Shown piece after piece: positions 39,701 through 49,134 of a stretch of 64,000 bases of DNA. The stretch covers positions 149,792,001-149,856,000 of the forward strand of contig OZ320313.1 in NCBI GenBank assembly GCA_976226885.1. The letters are read 5' to 3'. Each line of letters starts with the position of its first letter. The first letter of the stretch is position 1. Source of the DNA: Iphione sp. A-MEVVRFRX5. Lineage: Eukaryota. Both the position numbers and the translations under genes were made by a program. The notes under the pieces are model-generated. The model did no database searches. It worked only from the letters and a program-made list of their open reading frames with translations, and was not told the origin of the DNA.

Positions 39701-42700
39701 TGTCCCCTTATCTGCAAATAAGGAGACAACTATTATCATGTATACATACTGCCAGCAGTGGTGAAAGGGGGGGGCAGGCGCACCCTCTTGACCTACCATT
39801 ACCCACCTACGTTGTATAAACAGTTATTTCTATTATATCCTAGTAAACACTCTGCCAATTACGAAATGCATCAGACAGTGAGTTCCTATCATTGCGCTAA
39901 TAGCAGGTTTTGACCCCTTACATACAGATATCAAGGATCCTCATCAATTTCGCAGTGGCCAACACTGTGGCCTGTCTGGACAGAACAGTCAGGTTTGGCT
40001 GTGCTTCATACGTTAACTGTAATTACTTTATCTATGATCAACATGGTCTCCGTCCAAGTTGGGGACAGCAGCCTATCATGACCCTAACCGCCCTCAATTA
40101 TGGCATGCCCTATGAACTGATCATTTCTAAAACTACAATTGAGATTAGCGTACAGCTTCAAGATAGCGCACACATCCCATAAAGTATAGAAGGATAGGGA
40201 CATAACAGTTACGGGTAATACCAGGGTCGAGCAAAACGAGATGCATTGGGCATCAGTAATATGACCATAACTAACATCATGATTCTCCAGAATCAGATTG
40301 TATAATGAAGGGAAAAGAAGATGTCTTGCTACTGTGGTTAAAGCATTCTCACATGTGTTATTTCTGATATCACATTGTATAGTCTACATTTTCTTTCGAC
40401 TGTTCAGCAAAATCACCTCGCAAATATATCTATCAAGCTCTCCTATTGTACTTTGTTAATCATCACTTATGCTCACTTTCAACCAACATTTTTTCTTTCC
40501 TCTTGGAACCTATGTATATCTCATAATATATATCTTGTTGTTCATTTAATCAATCTCAATAATCCATTCCTGCTTATCACTGAAACTTTGATTTTATCGT
40601 ACATTGTTTGGTTATAGTTATTTGTTCACTGGAAGAACTTGCTCTACAATACGAAGTGAATAAAATCAATCTGACTCTGAATACATTGTGATCGTAACAC
40701 AAGGGAAAAGAGGATACTGAGCAGTAATCCGTCAGAGATGATCATGAAAATATCTCAAGGTGATGATGAAATTTTATAATCATAACGAAAGGGAAAAGAA
40801 TAAAAACAAATGCATCAGCAGAGACAAATGATCCGTAATATGTACGAAGGAAGAATCCTTTGAGTTATCTGTAATGTGAGTGTTGGACAAGTCTCAGATA
40901 TGAAAAAAGATCAATTATTTGTACAGTAAGTCATTTTGTAACTTGCCCCTTTCAACTCTTAAGCAATAAGGAAATTCGAGCTCTGGGGGGAATCATTCGG
41001 ATAAGGGAAAGAATATTGACACTTAATATCTAAATGAGGAGACAATTCTCTTCATGCTGTGTCGAGTGTGTGCTGTTCATCTGCGTAAATGCTGAGTGAC
41101 GTGTGCTCAAGAATTGACGACGCTCTTCACGCACCAAACAAAACATGCAGATTCGTCAAAGGGGGGTTTCGTCACGATTAGATATGACATGGAGAGTAAG
41201 GTCATTCTTAATCACGTTTCATGTAGGAAACGAAATCTAAAATGAAGCAAATCTCGTTTTGATACAAAACTTCAAGTAGTGTTGCTAAGTGTATGCGTGG
41301 AACTAAACGCCTACGAACAAAAGGAAATGGACTCTCCGGGGCTAAAATTATCATAAAAATTAAATATCTAAAACGAAGTTGGATTGCTTAGTCTTGGGAA
41401 CAAGACTGCGACAACAGAAACTCTCAGTCCAGGCGAAATGCCAGTGTTGTGGTATGTGTCAAAGACTGCATGGGTTCTGGTAGAACAGGAAAAGCCTTGA
41501 CATGACATTATACTTACTTTTCGTCCGGGCCAGCCGGGTAGCCCTATAATGCCCTGTAATGGGACAATGCATGACAACGCTGACTCGTAGAAACGTATAA
41601 CCAATCACGACCCAATGTGAGGTGACAGGCGACAGTGACACAGTATTATGGCCCCACAGGGAAGACGCATCGCAATAACCGAAGCCACACTTTTCTTTCT
41701 ATTTTAAGAGCGACAGTGTCAGTGCCTGATTATATTTTACATAGCAAGATTAGTACCTGGCTATTTTGAGTGTGACGTCATTGTCACCTGTCACGTGACC
41801 TTAAGTGTGAATCAGCTGATAGATGCTTTGAACGATCTATCTCAACAACTCCTCCTAAGGCAGCTGGAACAGACGCTGCTGATTGAAACTGTTGGTGTGC
41901 TTGTCTTGTTTTAGTAAAGAAAGTGTCAGGTGAGTAAACTGGTTACTTTGTTCCTTGCTGACAACAGTCAGCAATCTTGAATCATGGGAGACGCCGGCGT
42001 CTAACTGCAAGTGGAAGTGCACCACCGGAAGTGCGGCGACCCAGCCTCGTTGTAGAGTGGCTAGATAGGAGAGCAGTGATAACAAAAATGCGGAGGGGGA
42101 AAAAGAATTTGGGAATAAGCACTGGGAACAGATAATGGGCGGTTTAAGACGAGGGTACAATTGGCAGCAGAACAGTGGTAAAGGGGAGTATTTCGAGTGA
42201 ACTGTATAGCCCCTTGGGGCCATACACGACACTCCTCGTACAAGGTGGGCGCCGGACAGCTAAGAGGAAGAACATGGTTCACTTTGAGACAAATCCCCCG
42301 CCCCCTTTCCTATGGGGAGGACCAGCTCAATAGAGTTCATTATTTTGCTGAGCACTTTGTTGTTGGATTATTCGCAAATTATTAGATAGTGAAAACAAAA
42401 CCACCAGGAGTCCCAGAGGAAATACAGAGCAGTGCGTCATTTTTTAAAAGATTAGAACAGAAGACAGATGAGAAGATACGACGCGATTTCGGCATCCAAA
42501 GTGCATTTTTTCGTTACAACTATTAGCATTGCCAAAAAGTCTTGTTAATCTCTTTCCTGATGCTAATACTTATAACGTGGCCGAAATTTGCCAAGCAACG
42601 CAGCATGTCGTTAACATATGGTTAACGTGACGTATACGCAGAGGCGTATACGTAAGTGAGAACTACGCTACTATATATTTGTATACCGGGAAACCATTTC

Positions 42701-44311
42701 TTCCTGGTAAGCCCACAAGGCCCTGCAATTAAAGGAAAAAATCCAAATCAGGCGTTTCGTGGGGCATGCAGTTACCGACCGACACACCAGGGGGCGCATG
42801 GAGGTCAATAAGGTCACGGAAAGGTCAGATGTATGTGTGTGTAATTTGGCAAACAATCAAACGGCTTCGTGTTAAGAGGTAGACTGCTTTTATAATGAGG
42901 TTTAATACTGGCCAATTCATACGTTCCTTAGAAGCATATAATGTCGCCATGGCAACTAAAACTCTAAGTAATATGTGTCTACATTCACTCCAGGTTTATA
43001 AAAGGCTGCTAATGCAATACTGCCATATTCTCACTGATGAAAGCAAGTGCCATAATTCTATTCAATAAAATACATTTTCCTTACTTATGAAGAGTCAAAA
43101 TTGCATTTTCTTACACTTGATGGTGAAAAGGCCTTACATTTTACATAAAATCTATACGTAATACTGATGTACAAGTGTATTTTTTATATTATATTTAATG
43201 AATATCACAAACATTTGAATGGATACAACAAGGAGATAAACTAGGTTAGAGAAAGTATGACAAACTGCAAGAGAAGATATATCTTTCCACCACCAAGACA
43301 AAAACAAAAAAGCATTGGCTTGATGTTATATGCAAAATATGGCTTACAAGATATTTCTATTTAAAGACTCAAAGCATTGCCATGGTGCTTCTACTATTCA
43401 TGTATATATTTATATATGATACAATAAATAAATATATGCACAAATATAATATACTAACTGAGGCTAAGTGTGCGCTAAAAGCAGTGTTTGAAAAGTGAAA
43501 AACCAAACGTTTATATATTATGAAAGTGAAAGGCCAATCTTTATATATGTTTATATATGTTTATATACATATATAACAAACAGTTACATCCCGGTTAATG
43601 TATTAATCCCAAGGCTTAGTGTGAATGGTCACAGCTGGTAGACAGCTATCAGTACTAATGTGGTCCGATTAATGATTAAGTCGCCTGGCAGTTTACACTA
43701 CAAAGAGAGCCAGTTATGATATTATACAGTGTTAATATGACTACTCAGCCTTCATACAGCCAACAAGTCTATACAGAGATATGTGCTCAGAACCTGCGAT
43801 CGTCCATATTTGATGCATGTTCAAAATCTGACCAAATATCTCACTCATAAATTTGATCAACTTCCAAAGAATTACTCGTTATTCAGTCCTGTCTGAAAAA
43901 TCCAATACTGTGTTCCTACTAGTTTCAGATATTTTTACCGCATTTTATCTATTTCAGAATTGAACAAAATGTGTTATCTTTGCTGCTGGAGTTTGAAGTA
44001 CTGTGTGTCATACATTACAATTCAGCGCTTCCTTCCAAGATGCCCGTTGTGCGATCGGGCAATCAGGTTACTCCCCTACATTGAGGCAAGAATCAACCAA
44101 ATCATACAAAACGTTAGTTGTTTACTGTGCCCCTGGCCACCTGACCTTCAGGGACACCCACTTCACCTTACACCGGGTGTTTATTTACATGTTATAGGCC
44201 GGTGTAGCTGTGAATAGAAACCCTCACTTACCGGAGGTCCACCGTCGCCTTTCTCTCCCTTCGGTCCCTTGCCTCCCTTCTTGCCTTCTGGCCCAGGTGG
44301 GCCTGGTGGAC
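671..44311 (-). CDS. COL13A1-like: Multi-exon transmembrane-type (MACIT, collagen XIII/XXIII/XXV family) collagen gene, partial; 20 exons traced, 5' and 3' ends not identified in window
   Basis: 20 GT-AG exons join into one open Gly-X-Y frame (1427 nt) with COL/NC alternation. [25 protein letters not shown] resembles recalled human COL13A1 [25 protein letters not shown], and NC2 ITLK resembles IIALK. A phase-1 start at the first COL1 exon is also as recalled for MACITs. Family call is from memory and needs an alignment. Confidence 0.85.
2173..2475 (-). CDS. Collagen exon 19: 101 aa, [33 protein letters not shown]...[12 protein letters not shown], 303 bp
   Basis: GTCCACTTTCAG|GGT ... CCA|GTGAGT; 33 Gly-X-Y triplets plus an LP imperfection. 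Confidence 0.95.
3582..3644 (-). CDS. Collagen exon 18: [21 protein letters not shown], 63 bp
   Basis: CGATTTCAG|GGT ... CCG|GTTGGT. Confidence 0.94.
4527..4589 (-). CDS. Collagen exon 17: [21 protein letters not shown], 63 bp
   Basis: CCATGTTGTAG|GGT ... ATG|GTGGGT. Confidence 0.94.
4978..5100 (-). CDS. Collagen exon 16: [41 protein letters not shown], 123 bp, one G-X-Y-X-Y imperfection
   Basis: GTCCTGTAG|GGA ... CCG|GTAGGT. Confidence 0.95.
6674..6736 (-). CDS. Collagen exon 15: [21 protein letters not shown], 63 bp
   Basis: CCAATTTTAG|GGT ... CAG|GTGGGT. Confidence 0.93.
8391..8426 (-). CDS. Collagen exon 14: [12 protein letters not shown], 36 bp
   Basis: GTTCTTGTAG|GGA ... CCG|GTCAGT. 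Confidence 0.93.
8732..8758 (-). CDS. Collagen exon 13: GPQGPPGLP, 27 bp
   Basis: TTCCTTACAG|GGC ... CCT|GTAAGT. Confidence 0.93.
9995..10093 (-). CDS. Collagen exon 12 (start of COL2): [33 protein letters not shown], 99 bp
   Basis: GTATTTCCAG|GGT ... GTG|GTAGGT. Confidence 0.95.
11104..11175 (-). CDS. Collagen exon 11: [24 protein letters not shown], 72 bp
   Basis: GTGTCTTCCAG|GGA ... AAG|GTAAGG. Confidence 0.93.
12240..12259. repeat. (TA)n microsatellite
   Basis: About 10 TA/AT units. Confidence 0.95.
12356..12385 (-). CDS. Collagen exon 10 (non-collagenous NC2 microexon): [10 protein letters not shown], 30 bp
   Basis: GTTTCCTTTCAG|GGA ... AAG|GTTGGT; phase 0-0; ends in ITLK like exon 11. 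Confidence 0.8.
13980..13993. promoter_or_regulatory. RFX X-box-like palindrome GTAACCATGGCAAC
   Basis: Matches the GTNRCCATGGYAAC consensus; motif match only. Confidence 0.5.
14567..14638 (-). CDS. Collagen exon 9: [24 protein letters not shown], 72 bp
   Basis: CCTTCAATTCTCAG|GGT ... AAG|GTAAGT. Confidence 0.95.
15968..16003 (-). CDS. Collagen exon 8: [12 protein letters not shown], 36 bp
   Basis: GTTATGACAG|GGT ... CGT|GTAAGT. Confidence 0.93.
16442..16477 (-). CDS. Collagen exon 7: [12 protein letters not shown], 36 bp
   Basis: TCCACCTTTCAG|GGC ... CCT|GTAAGT; MACIT-like GPIGLDG motif. Confidence 0.95.
18532..18550. repeat. A19 homopolymer
   Basis: 19 consecutive A. Confidence 0.99.
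18589..18624 (-). CDS. Collagen exon 6: [12 protein letters not shown], 36 bp
   Basis: GCTTCCTGTTTCAG|GGC ... CCG|GTTCGT. Confidence 0.93.
20937..21254. mobile_element. Probable degenerate hAT (Charlie-like) non-autonomous element
   Basis: Left end TAGGGTTCTTCACCTGTGGGTCATGACCC; right end AAAAAAGGTTAAAAACCGCTG (reverse complement CAGCGGTTTTTAACCT); subterminal GGGTCGC motifs. The 8-bp TSD was not recognisable. Confidence 0.5.
21936..22004 (-). CDS. Collagen exon 5 with interruption: [23 protein letters not shown], 69 bp
   Basis: GTTTCTCTTCCTTCAG|GGT ... CCT|GTAAGT. Confidence 0.93.
26839..26865 (-). CDS. Collagen exon 4: GQQGEMGPK, 27 bp
   Basis: GTATTTTACAG|GGC ... AAG|GTGAGT. Confidence 0.92.
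29806..29859. repeat. Degenerate (GT/GC)n alternating purine-pyrimidine tract
   Basis: tgtgtgtgagcgcgcgtgcgttcgtgcgtgctttgtgtgtgtttgtgtgtgtgtg. Confidence 0.85.
30816..30954. other. Assembly gap (139 N)
   Basis: Run of n. Confidence 1.
35894..35929. repeat. (CCT)12 microsatellite
   Basis: Perfect CCT tandem repeat. Confidence 0.97.
38154..38230. promoter_or_regulatory. Paired X-box-like palindromes GTTGGCATGGCAAC and GTACCCATGGAAAC in a GC-rich patch, with CCAAT (minus strand) at 38249-38253
   Basis: Two 14-bp X-box matches 63 bp apart; motif match only. Confidence 0.5.
38370..38449. repeat. Dispersed ~80-bp repeat, copy A
   Basis: Matches 43578-43656 in direct orientation: 36/38 and 29/30 identical blocks separated by an unrelated 11-12 bp spacer. 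Confidence 0.9.
41518..41553 (-). CDS. Collagen exon 3: [12 protein letters not shown], 36 bp
   Basis: GTCCCATTACAG|GGC ... AAA|GTAAGT. Confidence 0.92.
41773..41819. promoter_or_regulatory. Dense CRE/E-box cluster
   Basis: TGACGTCA 41773, CACCTG 41785, GTCACGTGAC 41790, TCAGCTGA 41812, all within 47 bp. Confidence 0.4.
42687..42722 (-). CDS. Collagen exon 2: [12 protein letters not shown], 36 bp
   Basis: CCTTTAATTGCAG|GGC ... CCG|GTATAC (weak donor); 4 Gly-X-Y triplets. Confidence 0.85.
42784..42798 (+). promoter_or_regulatory. CTCF-like motif ACACCAGGGGGCGCA
   Basis: Matches the CCASYAGRKGGCRS core; motif match only. Confidence 0.5.
42943..42956. promoter_or_regulatory. RFX X-box-like palindrome GTCGCCATGGCAAC
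   Basis: Near-perfect consensus; motif match only. Confidence 0.5.
43578..43656. repeat. Dispersed ~80-bp repeat, copy B
   Basis: Matches 38370-38449; adjoins a TATA-rich tandem tract at about 43540-43577. Confidence 0.9.
44232..44311 (-). CDS. Collagen exon 1 of window, start of COL1: (G)[26 protein letters not shown], 80 bp, phase 1-0
   Basis: Acceptor GTCCATCGTTCTAG|GT CCA CCA; donor CCG|GTAAGT; perfect Gly-X-Y. Confidence 0.95.
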
Positions 44312-44886
44312 CTAGAACGATGGACAAAAACAAGACATACGTTTTAGGCATTTATCTTCATGACCTGCAAGTCACCAACAATAGAATTACAAGGTAAAAC
44401 AACTTCGTTTGTGCTATCATCTTCTTCTCCTGTAGATGCATACATAATCTATACACCCTAAATGCATTTGAAAGATTTTAAAATGCACTCCTGAATGCGT
44501 ACATCTATCTGCTGCAGGCAGGCAGATATGTCAATTTGCCCTTTGGTCAATTAATATATAGCTTTTGTATGGTGCAAACATGCTGATAAATGCTCTAGTT
44601 AGCAAAAGCTAAACTCAGTGATCGCGGGGCCGCCCTTTTTAACACGATGTGGAAATCTATAGTCGTCTGGAGTTTCCCATTGCCGATATTATAGGCAGCT
44701 TCATTGACAAACCTATGTTGATTCATAGAATGCAAACATCTTGATGATGATACATCAATTGCACCTAATATGCTAGAGGATACACCCCAGACATTGAGTG
44801 AGAGCAATGAAATGTGTAAACGAACAACTAATTAAGCTGGCTCATTTTCTTAATTCTTTATGATTTTACTCTGATTGATTTGATAA

Positions 44887-45215
44887 GGCCAAAAAAGGTG
44901 TGTTTCTGGAAAAGACCACCCAAAAACCTGGGTAGGGAGGGGGGTTATCTTTTTTTTTTAATTTCCTTTCCACTTTCTTCCTCTGGTTTTCAATAATAAT
45001 AAAGATAATATGAAGAATTTTGACTAATTTACAGTTTTGGGTGAATTTCCATTGATTTTATTTTCCTACTGAATTTACCAAAAACATGTGCTGTGAAAAC
45101 ACATATCTAAGAAAACTCAGCCTTGGAAACTCTTTGGGGCCAAAAAATTGTCAGGTAGGGTGAGGTTTTACTAGGTAGGGGTGGGTTACCAGAAACACAC
45201 CGATTTTGGGGGGCC
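44887..45215. mobile_element. PIF/Harbinger (Tourist-like) MITE, 329 bp
   Basis: Imperfect TIRs: GGCCAAAAAAGGTGTGTTTCTGG on the left, reverse complement of CCAGAAACACACCGATTTTGGGGGGCC on the right. TAA on both flanks (44884-44886, 45216-45218). AT-rich non-coding interior. Confidence 0.85.
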
Positions 45216-46974
45216 TAAGTTCTGTATGGATGTCTAGAGCAGGAATTTAACATCAATATATACCTCTAACTAGAATTAGTTTGTTGAAAAATAGATATCC
45301 TTGGCTGAAACCTGTTGCCTCCCACTAACATGGACATGTTGCTGATAGTATTCGACAAAATATTTTTGTTTAAATAAAGTTTGTCCATTACAATTTTGTG
45401 GACAAGAAAGCAAATGCTTGAACAAATGAAAAATATGTGTAATTTGTACGACGCTATGTGCAGCCCATACGTGGCTCCTGTTACAAGCATCTGAGAATGT
45501 CTCTCTGAAGAAGAAAATGTGTTCTTTCCTAAATGATTACCAGTTCCTCAGGCAAATATTTTTTCGTTAAACCCCCGACTTCTCTATTACAGCAGCCTTG
45601 TGATTATCCCCTTTACGGGGCGGCTAAAATGTGTGTGTGTGTGTTTGTATATATGTGTGTGGGGGGGAGATGGAGGGAGGGGGTGAGTTGGAAGGGGGCA
45701 CTCACCTACATATGTTTATCGAACCTCACTCTTTTCAGGTGTCCAGGCATACTAGACTTGCACAAGACGCCTCACGATGAAGTCCTATCATACTATTAAT
45801 CAGCCTATTCTTCCTTGGTTCATTGTTTTAGACAATAAAGTTACGTTCTGTGATCTTTTTGCTAGGAACTTTGTTACAAGAGGTAAGTACTTCTACGAGG
45901 GCGGAGAAAGATACAGTGAATAATTTATCATTAGAGCCAGGCCTAGAGCTAGGCTTATGAATTGCGACGTTTTCCGTTTTCATAAATTGTTTATTCGAAA
46001 AAGATTCACACTAGTTATCGACGTGAGACAGAGACAATTCGCATAGAAAAGCTTTTTCATTAAGTGAGTAGTAAACCTCTACCAGTGGTCGTAAAAACCA
46101 AAGTAAAGATGGCTTACTTAAATGACAAAGCAGAAACAAACATTCACTCACAATGAGGTAGAAGAAACTACCATGCAATAAATAAACTTAGAAAATAAGT
46201 AAACTTAAAAAATAAATGAATAATCATTCAATGTTTCTATTCGTCAGCGGAGAAGGGAGAAAAACAAGATGTCGTATCTTGACACAAAAGAAAATATCCG
46301 TTGTATGAAAGGAAAATGCCTTAGTTTTTCAGCAATTCTATCTGACAAAGCCTGCAGGTAAAGGGTGAGGGTTGAGAACTGACAGCACCTTCTGCTCATG
46401 CTGTTTTATGTGTGCATACACACAGATGTACTCAGAGTATTCTCCTCCTTGGAAACCGCTCGTGCTCGCCTCCAAGACCTGTATAGTAAGGTTCTCGACA
46501 GATCTAACACATTAATCTTCCAACCTGGAAACGCACTTCCCTGAGGTTAAAATGACCTTTTCACATTTTACTTCGACTCCAGCGCTCCTTGGATGAAACC
46601 AGAGTACTGTAGGCTGCCTAAATGCGTTTGGGTCTGATGTAAAAACATCGATTTACCCAATTTCGAATAACATCTTATTCTTACCTCGCCTAAGGTTAAC
46701 CACAGATTTTGCAACCATACTGGCTGATTAGTGAAGTTCCATTATGATGTCATTAGAAACAGAGAATAAATATACGACCGCTACAAAATCCTTGTTTTAA
46801 CAGTCTAAGAGCTGATTTTGAAGTCTAAAATACTCTCCTCAAACTGTAGGGTAAGAATTTTCATTTCATCTCATTGTATCTTTTACCAGAAACTAGATAT
46901 TCACCTATCATCAGGACAGGGCTCTTCCATATCTTCCTGGGGTATCATACTACCATCTATTATTGAGAATTGAG

Positions 46975-47203
46975 AGACCAGAATACCCAGGGTTGTCCCC
47001 TACTCTTATTTCAAATAGGCTTCTGGGGTCTTTTTTGCATAGGTGATAGAATCCTGTACATCAACGGCCTTTTTACGAGCTGTGGACCACTCTGGGTTAG
47101 GTCTACAGTAGATCTGTCTGGTCTTGATCAAGAGTCCTGGGCCTGGGATTGAACCTGCAACCTCTCAGCCAGTGGACCAGTGCTCTAGCACTGGGCTAAC
47201 TCC
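46975..47203 (-). mobile_element. tRNA-derived SINE (degenerate)
   Basis: On the minus strand, A-box TAGCCCAGTGCTAGAGC (47198-47182) and B-box GGTTCAATCCC (47155-47145) at tRNA spacing. These are followed by a body ending AAAAAAGACCCCAGAAGCCTATTTGAAATAAGAGTAGGGGACAACCCTGGG, which resembles conserved invertebrate SINE core sequence (recalled, not verified). No clear TSD. Confidence 0.75.
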
Positions 47204-49105
47204 CTTTTTGTATAAACTATATATCACAGGTATATATCTGTTAATGAATCCTGAAAAGGATTTAAATAACAAAGTTCATAATTACCCTTTAATACCACAG
47301 TAAAATACAGGGGTTTAATCTAATGGACAATTTACCGTAGTTCTGATAACAACATTTCTCACAAAGAAAAAATTTCGTGGGAATGTATAATTCGTTTAGA
47401 GGTATATCAGTATGTATATACAGCCTAGTCTAGATGAGTTAATAGAGACGCGTCTGCTCAACTAATGTTGAAGTAAATAACACCTTCAATTTCAAGATTT
47501 TATGATAACACCGGCTAATTCGTCTAGTATGCAATATTTCACAGGAACAAAGTAAGTAGACTTATAGAAATCGACTTCGCCATATAATATCGACATTGGT
47601 AAACAAAATAGATCCAGGACCCAAAAAATATCGAGGGTACAGAGAGGTGGCCACACCGTTGGCCGCCATGTTTAGTCTAGTGCAGCGTCTTCTTTCTGTA
47701 CCTGTTACCTTCCTCTGACAGATGCGTAATTTCCCTGCTCTTGCCGCAAAGTATTACAACAGCTTATGCCCCGCGACGCAAGGTCCACGCAGGTCTGACT
47801 ACCTAAAGTGAAATTAAGTTCGGAACTTCAAGAATCGTAGCTATGTCACCGATAACGAGTATTTTATTCTTATGCACGCACCACACGGCTGTATCTGTCC
47901 GTCTGTCTGCCTCTTTCTTTAATCCTGTCCTCCTACCTGTCTGTGTCTATGTGACTCAACATTTCTCTCATAATCTATCTTATCTTTATCCTTCAATTAC
48001 TTCCTCACTCTCCTCCAATCCCTCTTACTTTGCCTCTCCGTATTTTTTCTATTCTGTTGCCTAGATCTTTCTTTCCCTGAGTCACTTTCTTTCCTATGTC
48101 ACCCCCAATAAGTTCAGTCTTTCAGTCTCTACCGTCCTGCCTGCTTCTCCGACTCTTGGCAAACCCGAATAACACGCAATGAGAAGACAATGGATATCGT
48201 TCATTATGCATGGTTAGACCGACATCGGCAGCCCGAACGTCTCACTTTGTCCATGTGATAGAAAAAACACACCGCACCTCCATTTAACCACGGCGCGAAC
48301 CAGCAACGGTCTGACACCTACAGCATACCTACTACGACCACGAAAAGATAACATTCAGAACAATCTATCACAATGAACGCATGACAGAGGACTCCTATCA
48401 TTTACAGTTACAGAGCTGGGTAGTGTTTACCCTGCTGTACTATACTGCTTCCAGGGAAACATAACTGTAACTACTCGGAAGGTAACACTCAGCACTATAC
48501 CTACTCCCTGAGAAACATTCTTCCGACTACTCCAGGATAACCATGGTAGCGCTCCTCCCAACGCAGCTCTGCTGTGACTACTCCCAGGTAACATGAAGGG
48601 GAAGAAAACAGACCTGGTAGCATCGAAATCACTGTGTCAGCAGAATTATTGAAATCATAGCCCCATGACATTTTCTGAGAGGAGGGTGTGAATTGGGCCA
48701 GCAATGTATTGAAAATAGCTCCAAACACCCGACTGTTACTGGCTTCATAATAACAGATAGTAATAAATTTTCCTAATTAATGAATATATATCACCTGTCT
48801 CCTATATTTTGTGGGGACAAGCAATGTCCAGAAAAATGTTACACAATCGAATTCTTTTCGTCCTTAACCAACACGTTCTCAAAACAGACAATTCACAATA
48901 CAATGTACATTAAACATAAACCCAACGAGAAGAAGTACTTTAATTCGTATCATCTAATCACAGACACTTGTATTTCTCTTTTAGCAATCCCCATCAAACA
49001 ATAATAATCCACTCACAAAGCATTTACCCCTTCCTTCCTTAAAACCTGTCCACCCACCCTCACGGAAACAACACAGCTAAGAGAACAGCACCAAGATTTG
49101 GCAAA

Positions 49106-49134
49106 AGGTCAGAGGTCAGAAACCAGAGGGCGCC
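49106..49134 (+). promoter_or_regulatory. Perfect nuclear-receptor DR1 (AGGTCAGAGGTCA) abutting a CTCF-like motif (AACCAGAGGGCGCC)
   Basis: DR1 at 49106-49118; CTCF-like motif at 49121-49134. Confidence 0.5.

Noticed and set aside
45894-45901. TACGAGGG, a mariner-like TIR start
   Set aside because: No downstream inverted partner and no transposase remnant.
47709-47802. Exon-like segment with a good acceptor (TTTCACTTTAG) and donor (AAG|GTAACA)
   Set aside because: At 94 bp, the only open reading is phase 1-2, incompatible with the phase-1 acceptor at 44311. It could only be non-coding or poison.
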